Of a stretch of DNA of 34,776 nucleotides, positions 24,702-34,153 are shown in pieces. Position 1 is the first letter of the stretch. Every line of letters starts with the position of its first letter. Source of the stretch: a virus (lineage: Duplodnaviria; Caudoviricetes); the IMG/VR virus record IMGVR_UViG_3300043112_000004, positions 1 to 34,776 of that record, one strand, 5' to 3'. Made by a program: the position numbers and the translations under genes. The notes beneath the pieces are model-generated. The model made no database searches, was not told where the DNA came from, and was given only the letters and a program-made list of their open reading frames with translations.

Positions 24702-25009
24702 AGCAAAGTCCTCCTTAATTCTTTTACATCGTAAAAGTTCAGTTCTTCCCACGGAATCAGCTTAACGAGTTCAGATTCGCCAATTTCTTCCTGGACTGTT
24801 ACATTGATGCCAAATTCAGAAAAATTCAAATAAATCGTACCATTTTTAACATACTCAATCCCATCGGCTAGTTCAAACCAAAGGCAATCATCTATCCAGT
24901 CAGCTACGGTTGACGCATGCTTAATTAGCCAGCCATAGGACGTTTGGATATAGCCTTCGTCAATTAACCGCTTTATAAAAAGTTTTCTTGCATATCTCTG
25001 TTCCAACAC
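24698..25009 (-). CDS. Hypothetical early protein
   Basis: GGAGGTGG RBS, own promoter. Confidence 0.65.
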   Translation of the reverse strand: MLEQRYARKLFIKRLIDEGYIQTSYGWLIKHASTVADWIDDCLWFELADGIEYVKNGTIYLNFSEFGINVTVQEEIGESELVKLIPWEELNFYDVKELRRTLL

Positions 25010-25027
25010 GTTACCACCTCCACCTTT

Positions 25028-25056
25028 ATTCTATCAATATTCAGACAATTTGTCAA
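25028..25056 (-). promoter_or_regulatory. sigmaA-type promoter
   Basis: TTGACA-17 nt-TAGAAT with extended TG. Confidence 0.85.
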
Positions 25057-25607
25057 ATGATTACGACTGTTCCTTCGCCAAAATCCTCGTTGAGTTTAGC
25101 AACAATCCATTTAGGGATTCTGTTGTATCCGTTCAAATATTTATACAGTTGAACGTATCTGACTTGTAGCTGCTCCGCATATTGGGGCAATGTGATCCCG
25201 AGTTTTTCAAACCGCTCATTGAATTTGATTGCAACTGGCCGCTTTTTAATTGGAATACCCATTTCGAAAATTTCACTGTAAACTCGAACGAAATTTAAGA
25301 ATGATTCTTGGTCGCCAAGTTTGCTGTACTCGCTAAACAATTCTTCGGCAATTGAATGCTGCGAATAACGGTCAACTTCCATTTGGTTAATTGTGTCAAA
25401 CACGTCAGATTCGAGAATTTCATAAAATCGCAGGCTTTCTGAGATAGCGCCATTTCTTCTGAGTTTGCGATACAATCGGATAAAGTTGAAAAGTTCGTTT
25501 TGACCGACTTCTCTTTCAAAAATTTCCGGCTGAGATTCCTTGAGATTCTCAATAATCTCGTCTGTGTCCAATGATTTTTTCAGGTAAAAATTTAAAGTCT
25601 CTAGCAT
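25053..25607 (-). CDS. Protein with C-terminal XRE-like HTH
   Basis: GITLPQYAEQLQVRYVQLYKYLNGYNRIP. Confidence 0.6.
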   Translation of the reverse strand: MLETLNFYLKKSLDTDEIIENLKESQPEIFEREVGQNELFNFIRLYRKLRRNGAISESLRFYEILESDVFDTINQMEVDRYSQHSIAEELFSEYSKLGDQESFLNFVRVYSEIFEMGIPIKKRPVAIKFNERFEKLGITLPQYAEQLQVRYVQLYKYLNGYNRIPKWIVAKLNEDFGEGTVVII

Positions 25608-25759
25608 GATTTCTCCCCCTTGTAAATAACCCCATTGATTTCAACAGCTTCAACAGTTGTGTTTAGATTCAAGATTCGTTTGGCATCGTAAGCGTCACCG
25701 AAGTTGCTTTTGATTCCGTCGATTTCACCAGTAGTTCCGTCTTTGTAATAGATTTTCAT
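25601..25759 (-). CDS. 52-aa hypothetical protein
   Basis: GGGAGG RBS, ATGA overlap; MKIYYKDGTTGEIDGIKSNFGDAYDAKR... Confidence 0.55.
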   Translation of the reverse strand: MKIYYKDGTTGEIDGIKSNFGDAYDAKRILNLNTTVEAVEINGVIYKGEKSC

Positions 25760-25959
25760 TTCTCTTCCTCCCAATCTTCAGACCGGATAACGGCCGCCGC
25801 GCACGTTTCGAAATTCTCGCATTCAACCGTTATTCCAAATTCTTCATCAGTGTAACCGCCATAAAGACCATTTTTCTTAGCTAAGTCAGTCGGGATCACG
25901 TATGATTTGCGCGTCCCGTCATTATAAGTCTTTAGAATTGCTGAATAGTTTTCCATCAT
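25756..25959 (-). CDS. First early hypothetical protein
   Basis: AGGAGG RBS downstream of the early promoter. Confidence 0.65.
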   Translation of the reverse strand: MMENYSAILKTYNDGTRKSYVIPTDLAKKNGLYGGYTDEEFGITVECENFETCAAAVIRSEDWEEEK

Positions 25960-26005
25960 TTTTTGTTTCCTCCTGTTTTTTGTTTTTCCCTTACCTCTTG
26001 TCTAT

Positions 26006-26034
26006 ATTATATCGCACGACACACGCTAAATCAA
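26006..26034 (-). promoter_or_regulatory. Early sigmaA promoter
   Basis: TTGATT-17 nt-TATAAT with AT-rich upstream sequence. Confidence 0.8.
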
Positions 26035-26081
26035 TAGATTTTTGATTTGTTAATACTTTTGTAACATTTAATTTATTGCAA

Positions 26082-26103
26082 TAAAAAAGACCCCGAAGGG
26101 TCT
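26082..26103 (-). terminator. Terminator at end of late/lysis operon
   Basis: AGACCC-TTCG-GGGTCT followed by a T run. Confidence 0.9.
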
Positions 26104-26299
26104 ATTTGATACCTGGTGTGTCTGGATTGTTTAGGATGCCTAGTGCGATCCCAATTGCGCAAACAGCCTTGACTACAGTCATTACTGATTCGTCGTCAAC
26201 TCCAACGCCTGAAGTGGTAAGGATAAGAAGCACAGATGATGCTACCGCTGTAATTGTTCCAGGGTTCTTCAATCGTTTTAGAATTAGTTGCCAGTCCAT
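26102..26299 (-). CDS. Holin
   Basis: 65 aa, two TM segments; KRLKNPGT...LGILNNPDTPG; end of lysis cassette. Confidence 0.8.
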   Translation of the reverse strand: MDWQLILKRLKNPGTITAVASSVLLILTTSGVGVDDESVMTVVKAVCAIGIALGILNNPDTPGIK

Positions 26300-26300
26300 A

Positions 26301-26897
26301 TTATACCTCCTTGATTAATATTGCATTTTGAGATTTCCAATATTTGTTGCCGTACCCCCAATATGGTGTGGTTAAGTTTCCTGCATGTCCGCCATCTAGT
26401 AGAATCGCATTGTCAAACTCTCTGCCTATCTCTAGCAGCTTATCGCGCCCTCCTTTAACGCACAAGAGCCACACACGGCCTTTTTTGAATCCAAGGACAT
26501 TGTGGTAGGTAAAACGCCAAACGTCCGCATATGAGCCTATATAGCCTTCTAGACGTGGATCATATAAATTAGGTGAAAGCCCTGCGCCTGATATAGCGTT
26601 TTTAAAATTATAGTCGGAAGCCCATAAGCCTTTATGAGAAGATAAGTCGTCAAAGACAAGGATCGAATCAGGCTGACCTTTCCAACTATGAGCAGATGAC
26701 TCTCCAACAATCTTGCTGTTATCAATTAATATGCCGTTTGTGTAGCGCTTTCCGTTGTGGTGCCAATAGAATGTACCATTGATGCCTACTTCCGGTCCAC
26801 CGCCACGCAGGCGCACGTCATAGCCGAATGTAATATTGTCTTTATCGGTTACAATCGCACGGATATATGGCTTTCTAATAAATTCTGTACGGTGCAT
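26301..26897 (-). CDS. Phosphodiester glycosidase (NAGPA-like) family protein
   Basis: GINGTFY, AISGAGL, AILLDGG motifs. Confidence 0.65.
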   Translation of the reverse strand: MHRTEFIRKPYIRAIVTDKDNITFGYDVRLRGGGPEVGINGTFYWHHNGKRYTNGILIDNSKIVGESSAHSWKGQPDSILVFDDLSSHKGLWASDYNFKNAISGAGLSPNLYDPRLEGYIGSYADVWRFTYHNVLGFKKGRVWLLCVKGGRDKLLEIGREFDNAILLDGGHAGNLTTPYWGYGNKYWKSQNAILIKEV

Positions 26898-27387
26898 ATA
26901 ATTCCTCCAATACAGAGCCAGTGATTTCTAAGATACCAAAGTCTTTTCCAACCTCAAAACCTTCTTTTGGCACGCCTAATGCTTCTCTAAACTCGTCAAA
27001 TGTTTGTCTGCGCATCGTAATGCAACCAGTTGACCAAGCAAAACCGTCATAATCTTCAGCATCGCGGTAATGAATGTTGATTCCTGCGCTTGTGTCGTAA
27101 CCAGTTGACCGCACAACAGGAACATTTTGGCTTTTATCAAGATTTACAACTTCCAAAACTCGCCAATTGACGCCGTTTATTTTCTGATGCTTAGTCAAAA
27201 GTTTATACTTTCCATTCAGGATTGTCGCTTCCGGTGTGCCTTCATTGCTTTTCCCTAGCCCTTGCGGGTAGTCAGGCAGGGAACTGCACAGCCCTGCCCA
27301 TACCCTTGATTCTCCATCAAAAACCTCGATGAGACTTTCGTACTTTCCAAGGCCTTTTCCCCTCGTGATTTTAGTTAATTTCTCCAT
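26875..27387 (-). CDS. YkuD/L,D-transpeptidase-fold putative cell-wall enzyme
   Basis: ATILNGKY...GINIH-x11-STGCI (H...SxGC); start MEKLT after GGAGG. Confidence 0.6.
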   Translation of the reverse strand: MEKLTKITRGKGLGKYESLIEVFDGESRVWAGLCSSLPDYPQGLGKSNEGTPEATILNGKYKLLTKHQKINGVNWRVLEVVNLDKSQNVPVVRSTGYDTSAGINIHYRDAEDYDGFAWSTGCITMRRQTFDEFREALGVPKEGFEVGKDFGILEITGSVLEELYAPYRIY

Positions 27388-27631
27388 TTTTGCCCTCCAT
27401 TTTCGCAATCTTCTCCCCAAAGACAAACAGCTTTTCCGTATGGGAATCAGTCGTCCTTTCAAGATTGCAAATTCTGGCATTGTAGTTGTTTTCAAACGTG
27501 TCAAATCTTTTGTTGATCGAGTCTTTGAAATCCTCGAATTTAGGCAAGACCGTCACTTTGACCACAGCGTAAACCCCACCTACAATCGCCGTAAAGAGTA
27601 TGAATAATTCGATGCCTTTTTCAAATGTCAT
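27371..27631 (-). CDS. Single-TM coiled-coil lysis-associated protein (XhlA/holin-like)
   Basis: N-terminal TM followed by coiled coil; first gene of lysis cassette. Confidence 0.55.
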   Translation of the reverse strand: MTFEKGIELFILFTAIVGGVYAVVKVTVLPKFEDFKDSINKRFDTFENNYNARICNLERTTDSHTEKLFVFGEKIAKMEGKNGEIN

Positions 27632-27640
27632 ATTGCCCCC

Positions 27641-28672
27641 TTAAAAGTTTGTGCCGAAAAATAACGAACCTTCGGTGTTTTTTTCGAAAAATATTCTCTG
27701 AATCGGTTTTCCTGAAACCATAGCCCAAACATTATTAAAGTCCCACCCGAGAGATTCGTAGGTTGATTTTTTTTGCAATTCTGATGAGGTTTTATCCAAT
27801 CCGCTAGTTCCATTTAAATTTGAAACAATAGTATTTGGAGTGTTCATTGTATTTAAAGCGTAATTACTTATAATTGTAGGGCTATAGTCTCTTGGCAAAA
27901 AGCTACCGCCAGAACTAAAATTATTTGTAATTCTATCAAAATACAATTCATCTTCAGACAATAAAGACGTTATGTTTTCCATGTTTGCTACACAATACTT
28001 AACAGTTCCGTCGCCAGTAGCAAAAATTCCGCCTGCGCTTGCTACGTTATCATAAAAACCACCGCTAGACCCAGCCGGGTCTCCACCAACTTTAACATCT
28101 CCGTTAGCAATGCAGTTTTCAACAACGCAAGTGCCAAGGCAAGAACCTGCAATCCCGCCACCAAATATAAACATATCGTCCTTTGTGCTTTTTACGTATA
28201 CAGAAACATCTGACCTACAATTTTTAATTGTTCCATTGCAAGTTCCTACAATTCCGCCGGAAGAAATATTGTTCGACAAACTTGTATTTGTAGAAAAAGA
28301 TCCTGTGCAAAAGCAATTTTGAACAACTCCTGTGCCTTCCAACCTAAAAGCTATTGGGCCAAATGGTTCTGCGCTAGTTGTGTACCCATAAAAATCTTCT
28401 ATTTTTAAATTTTTAACAGTTCCGCCGAATTGATAAAACAAACCGTCTCTATTGCACGTTAAATTTTGTATAGCGAACCCGTCGCCGTCATAATTTATGC
28501 CTATAATGCCAACACCTTCTCCAATTGGGCTCCAAGGGTTATACGAAGCAAGGTCAATGTTGTTTGTTTGCTTAAAATAAGCATTTAAATTATTTTTAAT
28601 ATCAATTAAGTCTTGTGGTGTGCTAATTAAATAAGGGTCAAGTTCTGTACCACTTCCGCCACTATACATCAA
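27641..28672 (-). CDS. GLUG-type beta-helix tail/receptor-binding protein
   Basis: GSGTELDPYLISTPQDL, YFKQTNNIDL, YDGDG, GGIVG repeats, GWDFNNVW. Confidence 0.75.
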   Translation of the reverse strand: MMYSGGSGTELDPYLISTPQDLIDIKNNLNAYFKQTNNIDLASYNPWSPIGEGVGIIGINYDGDGFAIQNLTCNRDGLFYQFGGTVKNLKIEDFYGYTTSAEPFGPIAFRLEGTGVVQNCFCTGSFSTNTSLSNNISSGGIVGTCNGTIKNCRSDVSVYVKSTKDDMFIFGGGIAGSCLGTCVVENCIANGDVKVGGDPAGSSGGFYDNVASAGGIFATGDGTVKYCVANMENITSLLSEDELYFDRITNNFSSGGSFLPRDYSPTIISNYALNTMNTPNTIVSNLNGTSGLDKTSSELQKKSTYESLGWDFNNVWAMVSGKPIQRIFFEKNTEGSLFFGTNF

Positions 28673-29127
28673 ATCACCGCCTTAATGTTATAAAGCACAC
28701 CCATAATATATCTTGAGCCATCATAATAAAAGGTCAAAATATCTTCTTGGTTTGCACTTGTAACAGACGTATATCCGTTCCCGCCTGGAGAAGCAATGTC
28801 AGCTGTAGGCAAAGTTATCGAATGCCCGCCTGTGGCATCTTGCAAAATCCTAAGCTGTAAATGCGCTTCGCCGTTTGGCGGTGTAAATGAAACTGTTGTG
28901 TTTTCCGTTAAAACAAGTTTATGTTTTTGGCATCTGGAAAAGTCAATCGTTACAAGTCCACCGGAAGAAGCGTTTGACACTTCGTCGAATGAAATTGTAG
29001 CTTCGCCAGCGTTCGTGTTTTCTCCTTTGCGCAATGACTTTACATTTCCATCTTCCAAATTGTTAAGCCTTGTTGAATTTATACCGGGTGCGGCGCCTGG
29101 GTTCCATGTAGTAGGATTATAAGCCAT
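28669..29127 (-). CDS. Tail fibre adaptor protein
   Basis: YNPTTW...INSTRLNNLEDG; LQDATGGHSITLP...DILTFYYDG. Confidence 0.65.
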   Translation of the reverse strand: MAYNPTTWNPGAAPGINSTRLNNLEDGNVKSLRKGENTNAGEATISFDEVSNASSGGLVTIDFSRCQKHKLVLTENTTVSFTPPNGEAHLQLRILQDATGGHSITLPTADIASPGGNGYTSVTSANQEDILTFYYDGSRYIMGVLYNIKAVI

Positions 29128-29131
29128 ATTA

Positions 29132-29593
29132 TTACCCCCTCGCTATTTTATCAGTACGGATAAACTCTATTTCCTCGGAAGCTGTTTTTTCTCTGCTCCA
29201 AAGAATCCGACTGATTAAAGTGCCTGTATTTGCTGTGCTAGTAGCTGTTGAACCACCGAATATGCCGATTTCTTTAATGGTTCCGACGCCTTCTGTTTCC
29301 GTCAGGATAAAAGTATGAACAACTTCGCCAAGGTTTCCGTCAGCTTCAAATATAAAAGGCGTTCTATAGGTTTCTGCTCCAAGCTGTGTATCCGTATCTG
29401 TAACAGCAGTATCACTAGATCCAATTGCAAGGTACTTAACAGCTAAATCCGGAACACCATTTTTAAAAGGTGAAACCAATTGGGAAATGACAGTATTCAT
29501 AATTCTGTTTTTTATTGTATCTTCCTGTTTTAGTTCACCATTCTCAAAAACTTTAATAGTATATATTCCTGTATGGAGTTCTTTGTCAATCAT
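29132..29593 (-). CDS. Baseplate/tail-fibre anchor protein
   Basis: YLAIGSSDTAVTDTDTQLGAE...IKEIGIFGG...LISR. Confidence 0.65.
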   Translation of the reverse strand: MIDKELHTGIYTIKVFENGELKQEDTIKNRIMNTVISQLVSPFKNGVPDLAVKYLAIGSSDTAVTDTDTQLGAETYRTPFIFEADGNLGEVVHTFILTETEGVGTIKEIGIFGGSTATSTANTGTLISRILWSREKTASEEIEFIRTDKIARG

Positions 29594-31034
29594 CTATATC
29601 ATCCTCCAAATTGATTCCAAGTCCAGGATAAAGGGTATCGCTTGGATATAATGTATCGCTTGGATATAACGGCGTTGTCGAAACAATGCTTGTGGTTGCT
29701 TGTGATTTATTTGTTTCCGTTTGCGTGTTTAGGATTATAACAACCTCGTTTTCAGAAACAACCGCTTGCCTATTGCCTTTAATCAAGTCTTTGAAAAACT
29801 CTTCCCAGCCACCCAAAGCCGACCCGTCTAGCGCTCGTATTCGATATTTAACAATGTTATCTTGTTCGTAGCAAAAAACGGATTCAACTAAGAAATAGTC
29901 ATCAATTCCGAATAAAGTTTTTTGTATTCTCTGGAGTTCTCCAGCAACCACAGAAACATTTTCGATTTCGTATGTGATAATATCCTGGACTTGCCCGTAT
30001 TTAGAAATAAGGCTATTAGCATACTCAATAGCTTGGTCGGAAGTATCTATTGAAGTTTCTTGAGTCAATATCTCATAAATGCCAGAAGTTCCGGTTTCTT
30101 TTGTCTTTCTCTCCTCAATTTGCTCTGGTATATCAGCCACAGCAAGAATTGGATATAAACCTTTGTAAGTCACTTCTATAACGTCAGAAGAAGTCAATGG
30201 TGTTTCTAATACGTCTTGTGAAAGCACGTTGCTATCAAATGAAAAGTACCATTTTTTATTTGTGTCAAGGCCATTCACACCAACATCCGAATCAGAAACC
30301 TGAATTGAGTTTATAAAAACAGTTGGTTTTTCAGCAATTGGGAATCTCAATACGAAGTTTCTTGAAATACCATCAGGTTCAGGCGTTGGCTTTTCAGCAG
30401 TTTGGATTGCCGTTCTGCCTTTGCCAGCCCTTACATATTGCTTATTTCTGTACTGGTCTAAACTTCTTTTTCTGGAAAAATTATAAACTGCCGATAAATC
30501 GGTTATATTGTTTGCCGAATAATTCTGATCCCGTCTAAAAAATTGCAGTTTTTTATCATTGTCTATATTCCAGTTAAGTCCTGTTAAATCACGCAAAATA
30601 TTTAATGCGTCAGAAACTTTGATATAATCAAAAACAACTCTGATCAATTCGGGGCCAGTTTCTATTGTTCCGGCCGTTATGCCCTCTTCTGAAAGTATTG
30701 GGAGAATAGCGTTTGTTATAATGTATTCAGCCGTTTTATTCTCAAAAGCATCTGCAATAATTCTTTTGTCGGCAATTGCGGAATTATCGTCGCAAGTTAC
30801 ATAATATTCAAGAAAACCTGGTATCGCTTCATATTCTTCAATTTCTTTAATTATACCAGCAAACAGAACACTGCCGTTATCCTCAAATGAAACAGAATCG
30901 CCTTCATCAATTGCGTTTAACAACTTTAAATCATCTACAACGAAAGTCATTTCACTTTTTGTATTTATTGATGAAAAGATATTCCAACCTTTTTTATAAC
31001 CAACCTCTTGGCCATCTATATAGAGTTTTCTCAT
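29586..31034 (-). CDS. Tail tip/hub protein (Tal-like)
   Basis: Directly after TMP; WNIDNDKKLQF, YRNKQYV hub-like motifs. Confidence 0.65.
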   Translation of the reverse strand: MRKLYIDGQEVGYKKGWNIFSSINTKSEMTFVVDDLKLLNAIDEGDSVSFEDNGSVLFAGIIKEIEEYEAIPGFLEYYVTCDDNSAIADKRIIADAFENKTAEYIITNAILPILSEEGITAGTIETGPELIRVVFDYIKVSDALNILRDLTGLNWNIDNDKKLQFFRRDQNYSANNITDLSAVYNFSRKRSLDQYRNKQYVRAGKGRTAIQTAEKPTPEPDGISRNFVLRFPIAEKPTVFINSIQVSDSDVGVNGLDTNKKWYFSFDSNVLSQDVLETPLTSSDVIEVTYKGLYPILAVADIPEQIEERKTKETGTSGIYEILTQETSIDTSDQAIEYANSLISKYGQVQDIITYEIENVSVVAGELQRIQKTLFGIDDYFLVESVFCYEQDNIVKYRIRALDGSALGGWEEFFKDLIKGNRQAVVSENEVVIILNTQTETNKSQATTSIVSTTPLYPSDTLYPSDTLYPGLGINLEDDIDD

Positions 31035-32248
31035 CTAGAAATCCCACCTTTTCGCCTTACAGCATTAACAACCATTTCAGCAAGTTCGGCTTCTGCGTTT
31101 CTGCCAACAATTGCAGGTGTGTTGATGTGAACAATCACATTGCCGCCACCGTTTGGTGTTATATTTCCACTTGTTGAAGGAGTGAATATCTCCGGGCCTC
31201 TTTCGCCAACAAGATAAGATGAATTCGCCGTTACTGGTCCACCATCAGCCCTTGCTCCTTGAATTGGCATACCAAGTATATTCACTTCGCTCGGTGCAAG
31301 ACCACCAAGGATATCGGTAAGTTTTATCCTTCTATTAAGTCCCGTTCTTTCGAAGAATCGATCAACAGCATCTGCCGCTTTAACAACAGCTTCGGCAATG
31401 TCTTTGAATATTTCGGCAAATAGTTTCAATTGACCAATTGTAGCGCCCGCGGTACCCAGCCATTCGAATTGTTCGTTTAATCCTCTTAATTCTTGAACCG
31501 TTTCCGGCAGGTTGTTTGTTATCCATTCTGCAAATGTTTGTATTTCCGGCAATGCTTCTGCAACTATTGTGTTTTTTACTCCACCCAAAGACCTTTCTAA
31601 TTCATCGAGTGTATCCGTTAATTCAACACCTGCATCAACAGCTTCGTCACTTAAAACAAGTCCTAATTCTCTTGCTCTTTCTCGCAATTCATCAACACTT
31701 CCAGCTTGTTGATTCAACAAAGGTACTAAGTCTTGGCCATTTCTTCCGAATAGTTGTTGCGCTATATCAGCTTTTTGTATGCCATCTTCCATTTCTTGCA
31801 ATCTTGTAACCGTAAGCGCAAAAGCATCTTCCTGTGACATTTTTGCAATTTCTTGTTGTGATATACCTAATTTATCAAATTCTTCAGCGCCTTTTCCAGC
31901 ACCTTCGACGGCTTCTTGCATTCTCTGCGCAAGAGTTTTCATTCCAATTTGCAAAGAATCGATAGAAACTCCAGCTTGAGACAACACAAATTCCCATTCT
32001 TGAAATCCTTCTCTAGAAAGCCCTAACCTTTGCGAAAGTTTGTCAATTCTATCAGTTGCTTCAGTTGTGTCTTTAACCATTTTTATCGCAACGGCACCAG
32101 CAGCTGCGTACATTGCAGTTGCAACGTTAAACGCCGACTTGAAAGAGTTTGCAAGACTTTTTGACTTTGTTGTAGTGCTATCAATTTCTTTATTTGCTTT
32201 GCTCGAATCTATTGCTATTTCACCGAATAATTTAAATATTGGCTTCAT
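31031..32248 (-). CDS. Short tape measure protein (about 405 aa)
   Basis: IFKLFGEIAID N-terminus, DRIDKLSQRLG...QEW, C-terminal ARADGGPV...YLVGERGPE; follows chaperones. Confidence 0.85.
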   Translation of the reverse strand: MKPIFKLFGEIAIDSSKANKEIDSTTTKSKSLANSFKSAFNVATAMYAAAGAVAIKMVKDTTEATDRIDKLSQRLGLSREGFQEWEFVLSQAGVSIDSLQIGMKTLAQRMQEAVEGAGKGAEEFDKLGISQQEIAKMSQEDAFALTVTRLQEMEDGIQKADIAQQLFGRNGQDLVPLLNQQAGSVDELRERARELGLVLSDEAVDAGVELTDTLDELERSLGGVKNTIVAEALPEIQTFAEWITNNLPETVQELRGLNEQFEWLGTAGATIGQLKLFAEIFKDIAEAVVKAADAVDRFFERTGLNRRIKLTDILGGLAPSEVNILGMPIQGARADGGPVTANSSYLVGERGPEIFTPSTSGNITPNGGGNVIVHINTPAIVGRNAEAELAEMVVNAVRRKGGISR

Positions 32249-32549
32249 TCTTTTCACCTGCCTTGAATTTGGCAATTATTCTTTCTGCATCTTTATTGAT
32301 TTGTTCCGTTGTTTTCATCTTAACAAAATGTTCTTTGTAGTATTCCTCAAACGGCTTAAAATTGTCTTTTGTCATGTAAGGGTAAATAGTAAGCCATTTC
32401 TGCCAAATCTCCTGCCGTTGTTTCTCTTTTCTTGCGTGCTGTGCAAATTGTACGACTGTAACTAAATCATATGAATAAAAGTCGCCATAAAATTGATGTA
32501 ACAAGCTAATGAGTTCGGCGACTCCTATCTCATTGCTGATTGAAAAAAA
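32232..32549 (-). CDS. Tail assembly chaperone gpT-like portion (reached by -1 frameshift)
   Basis: Open -1 frame from the slippery T7 run into track ORF 32232..32504. Confidence 0.7.
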   Translation of the reverse strand, partial: FFSISNEIGVAELISLLHQFYGDFYSYDLVTVVQFAQHARKEKQRQEIWQKWLTIYPYMTKDNFKPFEEYYKEHFVKMKTTEQINKDAERIIAKFKAGEKNEANI

Positions 32550-32836
32550 GCCATCATCTTTTCATCTCTAAAGATTTCGCCAAGCGTTTCAAACGTTTCA
32601 AACATATCTTGCTCAGCTACTTCTTCAAAGGTTTTATCCTCTAGCAAAGCGACAACCTCAATGATATCATTTGTACATTTAGCCGCATTCTCCATTAAGA
32701 AAATCATGAAGTCCATTCCTGCAGCTTCTTCACCTTGTTCCGCATCGACGCTTTTAAAAAACTCCTTGAAGTCAATCTTTTTAAGAATCCTAGCCATGAA
32801 TGGCATCATTTGAAATGCTTTCTTTGTCTGAATCAT
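32525..32836 (-). CDS. Tail assembly chaperone gpG-like
   Basis: Between MTP and TMP; ends ...AFFQSAMR over GCT TTT TTT CAA. Confidence 0.8.
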   Translation of the reverse strand: MIQTKKAFQMMPFMARILKKIDFKEFFKSVDAEQGEEAAGMDFMIFLMENAAKCTNDIIEVVALLEDKTFEEVAEQDMFETFETLGEIFRDEKMMAFFQSAMR

Positions 32837-32871
32837 AAATCCTCCCTAAAAATTAATGGGGCAAAAGCCCC

Positions 32872-33420
32872 CTATTTCATTTTACGAATTTCGTATGGTG
32901 CTTTATTTTTGTCAGTTGCTGCAGGATCCCAATGCGCTGTAAATTGAACGGTCGGCACAAGCTCTTCATCCTTAGCAATCGCAGCTTCAAACGCACCATC
33001 AGACAAGACGTTTTCTAAAATAATAATCATGTCATTGCCGTCTTTGCCTTCGCCTACCCAAGCAATGTTAGTCAGATAATCAGAATCAGCCACAGCGTAG
33101 GTTTCAGTCATTGAATCATAAGTGGTTTCGTCCGTTACTGTGATGCCATGGAAAAACTTAGGAAACTTAGTTACGTCGCCAATTTCGAGCATGTTCAAAG
33201 TAAGCATTGGCGCAATTCGTGTTTTGTTTCTATGGCCTTTAGTTGGGCCTTTGTCTTGGTCTGCTTCAGTCTCACGCCATTCTACGCCATTTGTGAATGA
33301 GCCGCCGCCTTTAGATGCGCCTAGTTGAACTTCGTCGATTTCACCAAGATTGTAATACAAAGCCCCTGGTCCTAATACTTCGTTATCTGGTGTTACAGTT
33401 GCTACTGATTGTGTTGCCAT
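32872..33420 (-). CDS. Major tail protein
   Basis: TPDNEVLGPGALY...LGASKGG...YLTNIAWVG...FTAHWD. Confidence 0.85.
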   Translation of the reverse strand: MATQSVATVTPDNEVLGPGALYYNLGEIDEVQLGASKGGGSFTNGVEWRETEADQDKGPTKGHRNKTRIAPMLTLNMLEIGDVTKFPKFFHGITVTDETTYDSMTETYAVADSDYLTNIAWVGEGKDGNDMIIILENVLSDGAFEAAIAKDEELVPTVQFTAHWDPAATDKNKAPYEIRKMK

Positions 33421-33423
33421 ATT

Positions 33424-33786
33424 TTACCCCCTTAATAGAGTCTCTACAAGAAAACTAATCTCTTTGCCGTATGTTAGGTTCTCAAAAGGTAACTGCACCT
33501 TAGAGAGCCGTATAGGGCGAAAATAAACGTTAGTATCTATATGAATTATCCTGTCAATGGCATCATTGATTGAATCGATCGTATCCTCTAAAGCTGAAGC
33601 GTCTTTGTCATATGCCCGAATGTCAAGAATATAATCAAGCGATAAATCATCTCTTTCCGATTCGCTTGAAGATGACAACTCGAACACAATGTAAGGCGGT
33701 TCTTGTTTGTCCGATGCTTTTTGATAGGATACATCACCTAATGGAGATAACAAGCCATAGATTACTTCCAGAAAATCAGTCGTCAA
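33424..33786 (-). CDS. Tail terminator/completion protein
   Basis: PPYIVF motif; position before MTP; TTG start after AAGGAG. Confidence 0.7.
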   Translation of the reverse strand: MTTDFLEVIYGLLSPLGDVSYQKASDKQEPPYIVFELSSSSESERDDLSLDYILDIRAYDKDASALEDTIDSINDAIDRIIHIDTNVYFRPIRLSKVQLPFENLTYGKEISFLVETLLRG

Positions 33787-34153
33787 TTTTAGCCATCTCC
33801 TTTGCAATAATTTCTTTAATTTTTGAAACATTGTTCGCAATCGCAGGCTTCAAAAATGGTTTTCTGTTTTGCCCTAACTCCATCGCAGGAGCATATTCAA
33901 CGTTTGTGCCAACATGCAAGGTATCTTTTGTTTTTCCAGTCGGCTCATAGCCTTTAGCCTTATGGCCAACCTTGCCTATTTCGTCTGGTGTCGCAAATGT
34001 GATTGATGCCCTCAAACGTCCTGTATCAACTGGCGCAAGCAAGGATGAAACGCCTTGCAAGAATAGACCAACCTTTAAATAAGCCACATTTACAGAAGAT
34101 GTCATTTGCTTCTTTACTTCTTTTGAGTTATCTTCAAATTTAATCATCTTCAA
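33776..34153 (-). CDS. HK97 gp10-like tail completion protein
   Basis: APVDTGRLRASI, VGTNVEYA..ELG, PFLKPA. Confidence 0.88.
   Translation of the reverse strand: MKMIKFEDNSKEVKKQMTSSVNVAYLKVGLFLQGVSSLLAPVDTGRLRASITFATPDEIGKVGHKAKGYEPTGKTKDTLHVGTNVEYAPAMELGQNRKPFLKPAIANNVSKIKEIIAKEMAKIDD

Noticed and set aside
27641-28672. Second DGR target in the tail fibre
   Set aside because: No second TR-like segment found by eye; a BLASTN of the TR against the genome would be decisive
29625-29670. 18-bp tandem repeat (LYPSDT x3)
   Set aside because: Common LYP-repeat motif of phage tail proteins; coding repeat only
633-33950. Plus-strand ORFs in the track
   Set aside because: All are antisense shadows of well-supported minus-strand genes, with no recognisable motifs
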